DNA from: Hadesarchaea archaeon | Lineage (GTDB): Archaea > Hadarchaeota > Hadarchaeia > Hadarchaeales > Hadarchaeaceae | Assembly: GCA_029259175.1 (NCBI GenBank) | Contig: JAPDJH010000002.1 | Location: forward strand, 1-64,000 | DNA: 64,000 bases | Reading direction: 5' to 3' | In this document: one piece after another, positions 1 to 10,039 of the stretch | Position numbering within the stretch: the first letter of the stretch is position 1 | Layout: each line of letters starts with the position of its first letter | Notes under the pieces: generated by a model | What the model saw: only the letters and a program-made list of their open reading frames with translations | Told to the model about the DNA's origin: nothing | Databases searched by the model: none | Made by a program: the position numbers and the translations under genes

Positions 1-2926
1 ACGGTGGGGTCTGGTCGAGGTAGAGCGTGGTCGAGCTGCGGTTCTGGTGGTCGACGTTGCCGGCCCCGTCGCGCAGCCAGACGTAAATCGTGTGGGCGCC
101 GTCTCCCTCGACCTGGATGTTGGTGAGCATGCTCGAAGCCTCCTCGCTCCCGTAGGTCAGCAGGCTATCGTTTCCGGAGTGGTAGGAGGCCTTTATCCAA
201 GCGGCGGAACGGGCAACATTTGAAACCCGCACCTCGTCTATCATACCATCCATCCACCCGTAACCCCAATCAGGGGCATTGTTTTTGTCGTGTCTTACTC
301 CAATGGAAGTCTCGAACTCGTCTGATGGGGTATTAAAGCCAGGAGTGTTGTTGACACTTGCTATTTCATTTCCATTGTAGAAAAGTTTCATTACTCCGCT
401 ACTGTCTTTAGTGGCCACGACGTATGACCAGGTGTTGTTGGGAACATCACCGCCCTCCACGGCTTCGGGGTTGTTCCCGCTGTATCTAACACTGTACCTT
501 AGAACATGATCTGATGTGCGGAAAAAGGTATATTGAGCATAAGGATAAGCACCAGCATCCATATATGTTATGACGTTAACTGAGCAATCGCTCACAGGGT
601 ATATCCAGCCCTCAAGAGTTTGCTCAGTTTCGGCATCAAAATCTATTGGAGGGTCGATATAAATTGCTTGCTTTTGGGATGCATCAAAATTTTGACAATA
701 GCCAATTTTGCCTTCGACTCTTGTTGGACCCTCATTTGGATCGGGAACCCTGCTACCGTGATGAGTGTTCTGGGCCGAATTTTTGTATTCCCCGGAAGCT
801 CCGGTTCCGCTTTCTTTTAAATGGTAAACGGCCACGAAATTGCTATCCCAGACCGCGGTCGGGTCGGCTCCATCCGAAGCATCCGGGTTTTCATAATAGA
901 TATAAAACTCGGTGTCGGTGGTGGAGGAGACGAAGGGGATCTTCACCCAGTACTCCGCAACCTGATTTGCAGCGTCGTGACGCTCCCGCTCGTATTTCAG
1001 CAAGGTTGTGCCGTCTGAGGCTGTGAACCTGATGTCGTACCCGTCGCTCCTCGCTTTGGAGAAGTCGAAGTTGGCGGAGGTAAGCCTCACCAGCACCGGG
1101 AAGTTCTCCAGATTCTCATCGATCTTTGTGTGGTCGATGGTGAGCTTCTTGCGGTAGCTCCACCCGGGCAGCCCCCACTCGACGTAGGTTCCGTCGGTGG
1201 CCGAGGTTGGCTCCGCGTCTAGCTTGTAGTAGGCCCCGGCTATCCCGGAGGGGTCGGAGGGGTTGGTCCAGTCAACCGAGAACGAGTTCACGTTGGTCCA
1301 GGTGCTGGGGGTCGCGACCAGGCCGGTGGGCGCGGGAGGGGCGGTCGTGTCCTTCCCGACATCGATCGAGAGATCCTCTTCAGCTCGAAACACGACGGAG
1401 TCTCCCACCTTCCAGACAAGCCAGTCGCCCCAGTTGTCCACGCAGTTGAAGTAAACGGTGTGGCTGCTGCCCTCCGCGAGCGCGTTCCAGTCATCATCAG
1501 AGATCATCCAGTCCGTGGTGAAGGACTGGGCGTTGATGTTTTGTCCGATCACGGTCGATCCATTAGAAGTGAGGTTCTTCCAGGTGCCTGTGTAGGAGTC
1601 GATTTGGTAGTAAACGTCGTCGAGCACCGCGTCCCCCGCGCTCTGGAAGTCCACATCGAGCAGGGGGTTGGAGCCGTACCACTGGCCGTTCTCGGTGTTC
1701 AGGGTTATGGTGAAGAGGGGGAGCTGCGCCTCGCGGTAGGTTCCGGGGGCACCGTCCGTAGCATAACCACCACCTTCGCCACCACTCTCACTATGGCTAA
1801 AGCCCCCAAGCTTATTGAAGGTTGTCCAGTAGAATATCCTATTCTTGCCCCCGTCGCCGCCAGGGCCGTCGCCGTCGCCCCAGCTGCCGTTGCCGCCGTC
1901 CACAGTCAGCGAACCCGACACACTCACAGTATCGCCCTGAATGGATACCGTACCACCCGCTCCGCCACCGCCGCCGGGGCCGTGGGAACCGCCGTGGTTG
2001 CCGTCGCCGCCATCCGCGCTCAGGGAGTTGTCCACGGTCACGCTGGTGCCCTGGATCGATATGGTGCCCCCGTCGCCGCCAGGGCCTCCGCTGTAGTCGT
2101 TGGAGCATCCACCCTTACCACCGTTCGCGCTCAGGGAGTTGTCCACGGTCACGCTGGTGCCTTGGATCGATATGGTGCCCCCGTCGCCGCCAGGGCCTCC
2201 GTCATTGCCTTGGCCCGAGCCTCCGTTGCCGCCGTCCACGGTCAGCGAACCCGACACGCTCACGGTATCGCCCTGAATGGATATCGTGCCGCCAGAACCG
2301 CCGTCGCCACCCTCACCAGCAGATGGACTGCCACCAGTACCGCCCTTCGCGATTAGCGAACCCGACACGGTCATGGTGGTGCCTCGGATTGATATGGTGC
2401 CGCCGTCACCTCCGTTGGCGTTGGAGCCGCTACCGTTGCCACCGTTGGCCCTGAGAGAACCGCTTATCGTAACGTTATCGGTGGCGTACAGCCTTACCGT
2501 GCCACCGCCCCAGCCAGGGCTGTAATCACCCGTGGCTCGAGGGCCAGCGTAATCAGCGCTCAGGGTTCCCTCAATAATGATGTTCTCGGCGTGGATTTCG
2601 ACCCAGCCACAACCTCCCTCGCTCTGTTTTTTGACGTAAACCGTGACCCCGGCCTCGATCTTGAAGAGCCTGATGTTGTAGTGGTTGTCGGCTATCTCGA
2701 TGTTGTTGTCGGCGGCCGTGATGATCCAGTCCTGCCCCCCGTGGTCTCCTCCGGTGAGGTTGTCCCAAGCTGCTGCCGGGACGGGCTCGAACGTTATCAG
2801 GCCGAGAAGGGCAACGACTCCGGCGGTGAGCATAAGGAGGCTGATCGACAGAGCCCCCGCGCGCCTCGAGCGGGATGGGCCCCTTTTGGAAGAGCGCTTC
2901 GCCCCTAAAGCTTCACGGCTACCCAT
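1..2926 (-). CDS. Large secreted surface protein (signal peptide, Gly-rich GGxGG repeats, Ig-like module, DUF2341, LamG/ConA-like domain); runs off the window start
   Basis: Not in the ORF track; translated by hand from ATG 2926 after RBS GGGGGTGA: MGSREALG...LLMLTAGVVALLGL; repeats GGPGGDGGTISIQG; WSYRKKLTIDHTKIDENLENFPVLV...DIRF...YWVKIP (DUF2341); WSYVVAT...KLFYNG...DGMIDEVRVSNVARS (LamG). Confidence 0.85.
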   Translation of the reverse strand, partial: MGSREALGAKRSSKRGPSRSRRAGALSISLLMLTAGVVALLGLITFEPVPAAAWDNLTGGDHGGQDWIITAADNNIEIADNHYNIRLFKIEAGVTVYVKKQSEGGCGWVEIHAENIIIEGTLSADYAGPRATGDYSPGWGGGTVRLYATDNVTISGSLRANGGNGSGSNANGGDGGTISIRGTTMTVSGSLIAKGGTGGSPSAGEGGDGGSGGTISIQGDTVSVSGSLTVDGGNGGSGQGNDGGPGGDGGTISIQGTSVTVDNSLSANGGKGGCSNDYSGGPGGDGGTISIQGTSVTVDNSLSADGGDGNHGGSHGPGGGGGAGGTVSIQGDTVSVSGSLTVDGGNGSWGDGDGPGGDGGKNRIFYWTTFNKLGGFSHSESGGEGGGYATDGAPGTYREAQLPLFTITLNTENGQWYGSNPLLDVDFQSAGDAVLDDVYYQIDSYTGTWKNLTSNGSTVIGQNINAQSFTTDWMISDDDWNALAEGSSHTVYFNCVDNWGDWLVWKVGDSVVFRAEEDLSIDVGKDTTAPPAPTGLVATPSTWTNVNSFSVDWTNPSDPSGIAGAYYKLDAEPTSATDGTYVEWGLPGWSYRKKLTIDHTKIDENLENFPVLVRLTSANFDFSKARSDGYDIRFTASDGTTLLKYERERHDAANQVAEYWVKIPFVSSTTDTEFYIYYENPDASDGADPTAVWDSNFVAVYHLKESGTGASGEYKNSAQNTHHGSRVPDPNEGPTRVEGKIGYCQNFDASQKQAIYIDPPIDFDAETEQTLEGWIYPVSDCSVNVITYMDAGAYPYAQYTFFRTSDHVLRYSVRYSGNNPEAVEGGDVPNNTWSYVVATKDSSGVMKLFYNGNEIASVNNTPGFNTPSDEFETSIGVRHDKNNAPDWGYGWMDGMIDEVRVSNVARSAAWIKASYHSGNDSLLTYGSEEASSMLTNIQVEGDGAHTIYVWLRDGAGNVDHQNRSSTTLYLDQTPP

Positions 2927-3121
2927 TCACCCCCCCAGCGGGCTTTTTCAAATTTGGCATTGATTCCTCAAGAAGGTGACTGTTTAATGACGTGATAAAC
3001 TTCATGCTCTCACCCTCCCTCTCGCGGAACCGGCTCGAAAAGAACGGTGGTTTGACCTCTATTTTCGAAATCAAAGGCATATTTAGGCTCATTTGGTAAA
3101 TAGTTTTCCCCGCGGCGGTGG

Positions 3122-5215
3122 TCAGAAGGCATAGAGAACACTCCCGGAGGTCACGTACATCTTGCTCGCGATAACGGGGTGGAGCGGGGACTTCCCGATC
3201 GCGCGCGACCACCGCAACCCCCCGCTGGGGTCGAGCGAGCGCAGCATCCCGTCGTCGGAGGTGAAGTAGACGTTGCCCGAGGAGTCGAGGGTCGGTGCAC
3301 CCCTGACCATTCCTCCGGTCGCGTAGGACCAGAGCTTCGAACCGTCGGGGCGGAGGGCATATATCCTGCCGTTGTTCGATCCGAAGTAGACCGTGTTGTC
3401 CGCCCCGATAGCAGGCGAGGAGTAGGAGTAGCTCCCGTGCAGGTAAGCCCACCGTAGCGTCCCGTTCGGGTTCAGGGCGTAGAAGAAGATGTCCCCGGCG
3501 AAGTAGACCGTGCCGTCCGCTCCCACAGCGGGCGAGGAGTGGATATAGGTCCCAGTGTCGTGCGACCACCGCAACGTGCCATCAGGGTTCAGGGCGTAGA
3601 GCCTGCCGTCGTAGGAGGTCACGTACACCGTTCCGTCCCTCGCGATAGCTGGAGATGAGCGGATCTTATCCGCGGTCGTGTACGACCACTTCAGCGTTCC
3701 CTCGGGATCGAGGGCGTAAAGTTTGCCATCGTCTGACCCGAAGTAGACGGTACCGTCGTCACCAATCACAGGTGAGGAGTGAATCTCTCCCCCGGTCGAG
3801 TATGACCAGTTCTCCGTCCCATCCGAGCGGATAGCGTAAAACTTACCGTCCGCGCACCCGAAATAAATAATACCTCCCTCGGTCACGGCCGGTGAAGTCA
3901 GAATCGGGGAACCCGTTGGGAAAGACCACCGCAGCGTCCCGTTGGGGTTCAAGGAGTAAAGTCTATCCCACGAGCCGAAGTAGATGTTGTTGTCGACGTC
4001 TAGCGCAACGGAGGTCCAGACCGCTACATCAGGGTGAGTCCACGTAATGGCATTGTCAGCAGGACCGACGTACGCGCTCTGGCCCGTGTTGCGTGCATCG
4101 CGCCTTGCGCACGCCCAAGCACTCGAAGCCAGGCGGGCCTCGATCCAGACCCTGAAGGAGCTCGAAGACCATTGGCTGTGGTTGCCGACGTTGTCGACCG
4201 CCTGAACTCCCCAGTACCACACGCCGTTCGCGAGCGAGGTTTCTACCGGATAAGAAGAGGTGCTTGTGGTCGTATCGATCAGGGGTGAGGAGAGATCGGG
4301 GTCATTATCGACTTTGACCGCGTAGTGGCTGAGTCCGCTTCCCGGGTCCACAACGTCACTCCAGTCCAAGAGAGGCGTAGAGTCCGATATCGTCACGTTG
4401 TTCACGGGCGAGAGTAAGGAGGGCGCGGGGGTTTGGGTATCAATTCTAAAGGGCCCGATGTGGAGGGCGCCGCTCGCGAGGTTTCCAGCGGCATCGCACG
4501 CCCGAACGTGCAGGTACCAGGAGTCATTGTCCGCAAGTGGTGGGCTGGTCACGCTCGTCGAGGTCGTGTAAGCGTCAGATGTCGTCGGGACGGTGGCGGA
4601 ACTCCTGTCCCAGACGTAGTAGTATCCGGCTACTCCGGAGAGCCCCTCTTGATCCGTGGCACCCGACCAGCTGACGTCAATCGTGTTGTCGTTTGTCCAC
4701 ACATTCACATCCGGGGTCTGGGTAGAGGCAGTGGGATTAGAGGGGGCCTGGGTGTCTTTCTTTATGACTAACGATGGGCTTGAACCCTCCTTCACATTGC
4801 CGCTGTTGTCGACGCACTTGAAGTAGATGGTGTGCGAACCCTCGCTCAGCGCGTTCCAGTCCGCGGTGGAGATGTACCAGTTGGCAGTGAAGGAGGGAGC
4901 ATCGACGTTTAGCCCAACCACCGTCGATCCGTCTGAGGTAAGAGGCTTCCACCCTTGGGCGTTCTCGTAGTTGTCAACCTGATAGAAGCAGTTCTCGACT
5001 GCCGAATCGTCAGCAAAGTCGACATCGAGCAGAGGGTTGGAGCTGTACCACTGGCCCTCAGGGGTGTTAACGGTAATGGTCGGGGGGGTCACGTCGAGGA
5101 CCGTAGCCGTCCCTTCTATCGAGCTCTCCTGCGTGAGCGCAGCAGGAGCCATCGCCAGCACCAGAACCACCGTCATCAACGCCGCACATGTCTTCCTTAC
5201 CCATTTCACTCCCAT
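3122..5215 (-). CDS. Secreted protein with Ig-like/FN3-like modules and C-terminal PQQ-type (BamB-like) beta-propeller repeats
   Basis: Signal peptide; repeated SSPAI..DGTVYFGSxDGKLYALxPDGTLKWSY. Confidence 0.9.
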   Translation of the reverse strand: MGVKWVRKTCAALMTVVLVLAMAPAALTQESSIEGTATVLDVTPPTITVNTPEGQWYSSNPLLDVDFADDSAVENCFYQVDNYENAQGWKPLTSDGSTVVGLNVDAPSFTANWYISTADWNALSEGSHTIYFKCVDNSGNVKEGSSPSLVIKKDTQAPSNPTASTQTPDVNVWTNDNTIDVSWSGATDQEGLSGVAGYYYVWDRSSATVPTTSDAYTTSTSVTSPPLADNDSWYLHVRACDAAGNLASGALHIGPFRIDTQTPAPSLLSPVNNVTISDSTPLLDWSDVVDPGSGLSHYAVKVDNDPDLSSPLIDTTTSTSSYPVETSLANGVWYWGVQAVDNVGNHSQWSSSSFRVWIEARLASSAWACARRDARNTGQSAYVGPADNAITWTHPDVAVWTSVALDVDNNIYFGSWDRLYSLNPNGTLRWSFPTGSPILTSPAVTEGGIIYFGCADGKFYAIRSDGTENWSYSTGGEIHSSPVIGDDGTVYFGSDDGKLYALDPEGTLKWSYTTADKIRSSPAIARDGTVYVTSYDGRLYALNPDGTLRWSHDTGTYIHSSPAVGADGTVYFAGDIFFYALNPNGTLRWAYLHGSYSYSSPAIGADNTVYFGSNNGRIYALRPDGSKLWSYATGGMVRGAPTLDSSGNVYFTSDDGMLRSLDPSGGLRWSRAIGKSPLHPVIASKMYVTSGSVLYAF

Positions 5216-5408
5216 CCTTTACACCCCACGCCCATCATTGATGAGAGAGTGCAAAGGCCACGCCGGATTCTTCTTAAGTATAATGACCACCCAAGCAGGG
5301 AAGCCGGCCAGCCTCTACACTCCTCTGTTCCGTTCTAAAAGGCAGGAGTTTAAAAGGTAATTGTAAAATAACAAAATAAAACAATGGCTGTTTCGCCATC
5401 TTTTGCGA

Positions 5409-5921
5409 TTATCTCTCTACCTGCTCGGGCTCTGGGCGCGGCTTGAACTGGACCCGATAGTCGACCTTACGGTAGATGATCTTGGCACGGTTCTCGTTGC
5501 GGGTGGTCCCGAACCCGATGAGTCCGGCCCGCTCGAGCTCCCGCAAGTGGTAGTGCACCAGGGAGTCACGGTAGTAGCGCCCGGTGACTTCTGAAAGGAT
5601 TTGGGTAAGCTCGTACTGGCGCATAGGCCAGAGCTCGAGGAGTTTTAAAATCGCACGGCGAACGGGGTCGTGAAGCGCACGGACAAAGGCTACCACCTCG
5701 GCCTCGCTCGCAGTTCGCCACTCGTCCTTAGAAGAGAGTTTAGAAACCACTGGTTTTCTTTCACCACATATCTTGATCTGACTCAAGCGGTAGGAGGAGC
5801 GGGCGCGAGGTTCCGCTCCCGAGCTAGCCGAATTGGAGGCTGGCAGGAGCAATATCGAATCGCCACACCCTTCCACATCTCCCACCAGTTCAAAAACTTT
5901 TGAAGACGTTAAGAAGGTCAC
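5409..5921 (-). CDS. Winged-helix (ArsR-like) transcriptional regulator; true start probably downstream of the annotated one
   Basis: ALHDPVRRAILKLL...LVHYHLRELERAGLI motif. Confidence 0.75.
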   Translation of the reverse strand: MTFLTSSKVFELVGDVEGCGDSILLLPASNSASSGAEPRARSSYRLSQIKICGERKPVVSKLSSKDEWRTASEAEVVAFVRALHDPVRRAILKLLELWPMRQYELTQILSEVTGRYYRDSLVHYHLRELERAGLIGFGTTRNENRAKIIYRKVDYRVQFKPRPEPEQVER

Positions 5922-5944
5922 TATAAAACGACGAGATTAAACAA

Positions 5945-5990
5945 ACCTAAAAAAATAAAAACTTTGGCCCGGGTTTGTGCATTTCCGGGC
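5945..5990 (-). terminator. Hairpin plus T-rich tract after the 6015-6728 gene
   Basis: Minus strand GGCCCGG-N12-CCGGGCC followed by AAAGTTTTTATTTTTTTAGG. Confidence 0.45.
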
Positions 5991-6014
5991 CTGATCTTGC
6001 GCTACGCTACGTCA

Positions 6015-6728
6015 CTACGTTGCAGTCTCTCTGGCCTGGATCTCCCACTTCAACGTGTAGTCCTCGGGTATGTTCCACAACCTCGCATAGGTCCCTATGT
6101 AGATCTTGCCGCCTGCTGCGATGTTCGCGGTCACCCAGCCCTCGGACGTCGCCGGGATGCCGTTCATGACCACAGGGATGAACCCAATCCGAGCATCGTA
6201 GGTTGGCCACACCTCGTGGTCGTCACCGGTAGCATAGGTGTTTTCCTCAGCCTGCTGTTCAGCTGTCACGTCCGGGTCGATGTATCCCGTTGCCGTGCTC
6301 GTATTCAGCACCCACACCACCAGTCTGCGCACGTTGTCGTCGTAGGTCGCCGTGACGTCGCCGCCGGTCGTGTTCTCTATCTTGAAGGTGTACGGGATGT
6401 AGCCCACGTCCACGGTCCGTGCCGCGGTGTCTGAGTTCACCAGCCTGACAACATCGGTGAAGAGCATCCTGCGGTTTGAGTAAGCTTTCAGCGATATGGC
6501 AATAGTACCGTCGTTCGTGGGCGTGCTGACCGACACCACGTCGGTATCACTACCAAAGTCTTTACCAACGTCGCCTCCAGCCTCCCAAATGATCTTCGGA
6601 GCCTTGACCGTCGCTGTGTAGGTCGCGTACATAAATACCTGAACCGCTGCAGCCACTGCCGTCACCGTCATGAATATTGCAAGCCCTGCGAGTAACGCGC
6701 GCCTCTTTCGGGCTGCACATTTCACCAT
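6015..6728 (-). CDS. Exported beta-rich protein, candidate TasA/AbpA-like fibre subunit
   Basis: Basic N-terminus plus hydrophobic signal, then VQVFMYATYTATVKAPKIIWEAG strand; no C-terminal anchor; strong RBS GGAGGGGG. Confidence 0.55.
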   Translation of the reverse strand: MVKCAARKRRALLAGLAIFMTVTAVAAAVQVFMYATYTATVKAPKIIWEAGGDVGKDFGSDTDVVSVSTPTNDGTIAISLKAYSNRRMLFTDVVRLVNSDTAARTVDVGYIPYTFKIENTTGGDVTATYDDNVRRLVVWVLNTSTATGYIDPDVTAEQQAEENTYATGDDHEVWPTYDARIGFIPVVMNGIPATSEGWVTANIAAGGKIYIGTYARLWNIPEDYTLKWEIQARETAT

Positions 6729-6918
6729 TTGTTTCCCCCTCCTTATTTTTTACACAGGTAAGTTGAAGGGGGTCTCTTTAAAAGGTAATTATTAAATGAC
6801 AAAGTTTTATGATGGACCCGCATACGGATGTCTGCGATCAGGCGCAGTTCTGAGATTTAACAACATTGGAAAATCAAAACGTTTAAAAACCATTTCAATC
6901 CTCTTCTCAACAGAGAAA

Positions 6919-7371
6919 ATGTGGCCTATTGCAGTTGGAGCTGCATGTGCGTTCGGGGTGACTTCCCTGTTGGCCTATAAAATCCGCAGCAATACTATCA
7001 AAACCTCGAACAAGCACTGGTCTGTCTGCCGAGGGTGCCCTTTGGTTAAAAGGTGTCCCACGGCGAAAAACAACAAAGGCGTCGGTCCGGAGGAGTTTGC
7101 ACTCAGGGCATCACTAGCTGTGCAAAGTGGGATTGGAATTTCGTTCCTTTTCATCAGCTTTATCCTGCTTGGAGACCTCTTCGCGGGCTGGCTCTTCACG
7201 GTGTTCAGGTTCCTGCTCGTGGGCGGTTTGGCTTGCACGTTCTACGCTGTCCTCAAGCCGAACGACCACGATTTTTACTTATTCCTAGGCGGGTGCGCAC
7301 CGTGGATTTTCCTCTTCGTTCTCCAGCTGCTAGGCGTGGCGATGGGGTGGCCATCCCCGTTCGGCGCTTAG
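6919..7371 (+). CDS. Hypothetical membrane protein with CxxCPxxxxCP motif
   Basis: MWPIAVG start, about 4 hydrophobic segments, CRGCPLVKRCP. Confidence 0.55.
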   Translation: MWPIAVGAACAFGVTSLLAYKIRSNTIKTSNKHWSVCRGCPLVKRCPTAKNNKGVGPEEFALRASLAVQSGIGISFLFISFILLGDLFAGWLFTVFRFLLVGGLACTFYAVLKPNDHDFYLFLGGCAPWIFLFVLQLLGVAMGWPSPFGA

Positions 7372-7704
7372 CCTAGCTGATATCAGATCATTCGAGAGCG
7401 TAGCTTGACATACTTGATTAAGTACGTACCTGAGTTTAGGAGGTTGTTATCACAACAAGAGTTGAGCTAAAAGCACCAAATTTAGGGCCTCTGGTGCAAG
7501 GAAGCAGTTCAGAGCCTGGTGCGGAAGCGCAGGCTTGAGCTCAAAACACCTGTGCCTTGCGGCTATGCACCTGCTGAGGCCCTCGAGCCTGAACTAGGTG
7601 GTCAAGAACTTCCACCGTTTTGGCTTGGATGCGTACTTCGGCGAACTCTCGACAGCGGGGCTCTACGAGTCGCTTGACCTCACGGAAGACGAGACTTGCT
7701 CGAG

Positions 7705-8411
7705 CTCAGCCTATACCGCGCTCTCGGGGATCCGGGTGAGCTACAAGAGCATGGAGCGTCTGTACTCTGATCGGGAAGCCGTGCTGATCCTGCACAACAT
7801 GCACGCGCTGATGCTGAGATGCAAAGAGGTGGGGCGCGCCCACTGCTCGGGAGACGGTACTGGGTACTCGCTTTTGATCAAGGAACACTATGCGACCCTC
7901 GTGCAGCAAGTCAAGAAGAGAAAGCCGGGGAAGCGTGGGCGCTTCGTATTCTCGTTCACCGTTCCGGATCTGGACACGGATGTATATGGGATACGGAACC
8001 GGCTTCAGGAGCAAGGAGGAGCATTCCAAAAGGCCGTCGAGATGGTTGAGGAGATCGGGGTTGAAATCAGCAGTATGCAACTAGACCGCCTTTTCAGCAA
8101 GCAAACGCACGCCGAGAAGCTGGGACAGAAATTCAAGGGGATGGTGCTCCACATCATCTGAAGTGCAATCCAACTGTGAAGGATTCTTAGGAGTGGAAGC
8201 AGATGATGAAGCGGTTTTGTCGAAAACCTTTGATTACTTGCGCGAATATTTTTCAGGCAAAACCAATCCGAAAGCACGATTTCTGAAGACAAGCGGAGAT
8301 TTAGATGGCGCGTGGCCCAACGGAGAAATGATCAGATCGATACTACCAACTTCTGCACGGTGGTTTGGCACGTCCTGTTCTGGCTAGGAAAGCCGTGAAT
8401 TTTGTCCCACA
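7705..8411 (+). pseudogene. 5'-truncated, frameshifted ISNCY/ISA1214-like transposase with right terminal inverted repeat
   Basis: SYKSMERLYSD...GDGTGYSL..KEHY homologous to 21245-22134; frameshifts; AATTTTGTCCCACA at 8398-8411 matches the TIR of the 21229-22402 element. Confidence 0.85.
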
Positions 8412-8948
8412 GCCACCTAACAACGATTTTGACTCACGGTTCACCGTTTTCACGATTTCTGCTATCGTGTGCTTCAACACGAGATCTGCGGGATTTTCAT
8501 TCATCAACCAGCATGCAGCCTCAAGATCGCTGCGCGCTCGGGCATAGACGCTCTCTAGATCCCCCCTGTTGATAAGTATCAGCCCCCCGCGTCGGTTCAT
8601 GTCTACTTTCCACTGGGTCGACCTGCGGGTGGATACCGCGGACCCACCCCAGTGTGGTTTCACTCCGTGCTTGAGGAGGACCGCGTCCGTTATTTCAACC
8701 AGCGCGTTGAGTATTTTTCTGCACCCGAAAGCAACTGCCGAGGTGTCTCGTTTCTGCCATCCATCTTGATACTCCCTTATCCCACGCTCGAGGAGGTTCT
8801 GTGCGCGCCAGACTTTCCTAATAATTATCTCTTCGAATGAAGGAGGTGTAGATTTTTTATTTATCCCCCCTTTTCTCTCTCTCTCTCTCTCTGTGTGTTC
8901 ATGATTAACCCCGCGACCAGCATTCACCAAGAAACTAGCTTGTGTCAC
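8343..8948 (-). CDS. HEPN/PaREP1-like helical protein; C-terminus read through the IS end
   Basis: AQNLLERG...GCRKILNALVEITDAVLLKHG pattern; RBS GAGGTGA before GTG 8948. Confidence 0.5.
   Translation of the reverse strand: MTQASFLVNAGRGVNHEHTERERERKGGINKKSTPPSFEEIIIRKVWRAQNLLERGIREYQDGWQKRDTSAVAFGCRKILNALVEITDAVLLKHGVKPHWGGSAVSTRRSTQWKVDMNRRGGLILINRGDLESVYARARSDLEAACWLMNENPADLVLKHTIAEIVKTVNRESKSLLGGCGTKFTAFLARTGRAKPPCRSW
8875..8892. repeat. (CT)9 dinucleotide microsatellite
   Basis: ctctctctctctctctct seen directly. Confidence 0.9.
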
Positions 8949-9260
8949 CGGTCGTCACCTCGTCTGTTTTCGATTTTGTAGAGCCGTAAACAATCCTCTT
9001 TAACTCCGTAAGCAGGTCATTATTTGAATTTTTAATCGTAAATCCACCTTTTTTTTTCTTTTTGCGCATGTCCAGCCCCTTTAATTGCTGTTTTCTTGTA
9101 TTTTTTAAAGTTTTTTTAGAAAAAAAAGATAGTTCTAAGGAAAATTTATTAAATAAAGTTAGTAAAAATTTTTCTTCTTGGAAGGAAGAATTTTTTTATC
9201 CTAGTCAAATGCTTTCCGCCGTATCTACAACTTATTTACCATCATGTTTTATCAAATAAA

Positions 9261-10025
9261 ATGGGAGGTGGTATAACGGATAATCGTGAAAAGATTTTAA
9301 ACGCTCTCAAATCGTCATCGATGGGGCTGACCACCACAGAACTCCAGTCGAAGACCGGATTGAGTTATCCAACCATGTTAAAATGGCTGGAGGTCCTTCG
9401 GGTGGAAGGCCTCGCCGATTACAGGACCATTGGGAAATCGCGGCTCTGGTTTGCTTCCGAAACCCTAAAGAGCATGGAAAAACCGCTCCTGAACAAGCTC
9501 CTCGTCCAAAGGATCCTGACCAGCAGTTTCGAGCAGTTCAAGGAGCAACTCGTTTCTAAGGCGCCAGGTGTGATAGATTTGCTCGATAGCCGCCACGCCT
9601 TGATGGGAAGTTGGGCATTATCTAAGATGGTGTCGATGTACTTGAACAGTTTTGGTTACAAAAAAGGGTCGGAAGTGTTGTACAGATTAGGCAAGGAACT
9701 TGGCGGCACGTATGTGCAATTCTGGAGTGAGCGCTTCGAGGGAGCGGGGAAAGAACTGTTACGAGTGCACTTGAGCCTTCTCTCACTGACTGGGTGGGGG
9801 CAGGGAAAACTCGTGCACTGCAAGCCAGAAGAGGGGAAGTGCACGATCCGGATCTACAACCACCCCGTCTCGATGCCTGAGTTCGGAAAACCCATCCACT
9901 TCCTCGAGGCTGGGATGTTCGCCGAGCTCATGAGCCACATCGCGGGGAAGCGGGTCAAGGTCAGCGAGGTAAAGTGTACCTCCGCCGGGGCGAACTTCTG
10001 CGAGTTCAGGAGCAAGTTCAGATAA
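9261..10025 (+). CDS. HTH plus V4R-domain transcriptional regulator (paralog 1)
   Basis: N-terminal wHTH (GLTTTELQSKTGLSYPTMLKWL); GWG motif; EVKCTSAGANFCEF V4R motif. Confidence 0.85.
   Translation: MGGGITDNREKILNALKSSSMGLTTTELQSKTGLSYPTMLKWLEVLRVEGLADYRTIGKSRLWFASETLKSMEKPLLNKLLVQRILTSSFEQFKEQLVSKAPGVIDLLDSRHALMGSWALSKMVSMYLNSFGYKKGSEVLYRLGKELGGTYVQFWSERFEGAGKELLRVHLSLLSLTGWGQGKLVHCKPEEGKCTIRIYNHPVSMPEFGKPIHFLEAGMFAELMSHIAGKRVKVSEVKCTSAGANFCEFRSKFR
9850..10018 (+). repeat. 169-bp exact repeat, copy 1 (copy 2 at 12997-13165)
   Basis: ggatctacaaccaccccgtc...caggagcaagtt identical in both places. Confidence 0.9.
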
Positions 10026-10039
10026 TGAAAAATCTTATC

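Noticed and set aside
1460-2454. Long plus-strand ORFs (298 aa, 210 aa)
   Set aside because: Antisense shadows of the Gly-rich minus-strand surface gene
7380-7700. Possible RNA or gene fragment upstream of the truncated transposase
   Set aside because: No recognisable motif or stable frame; cannot be supported
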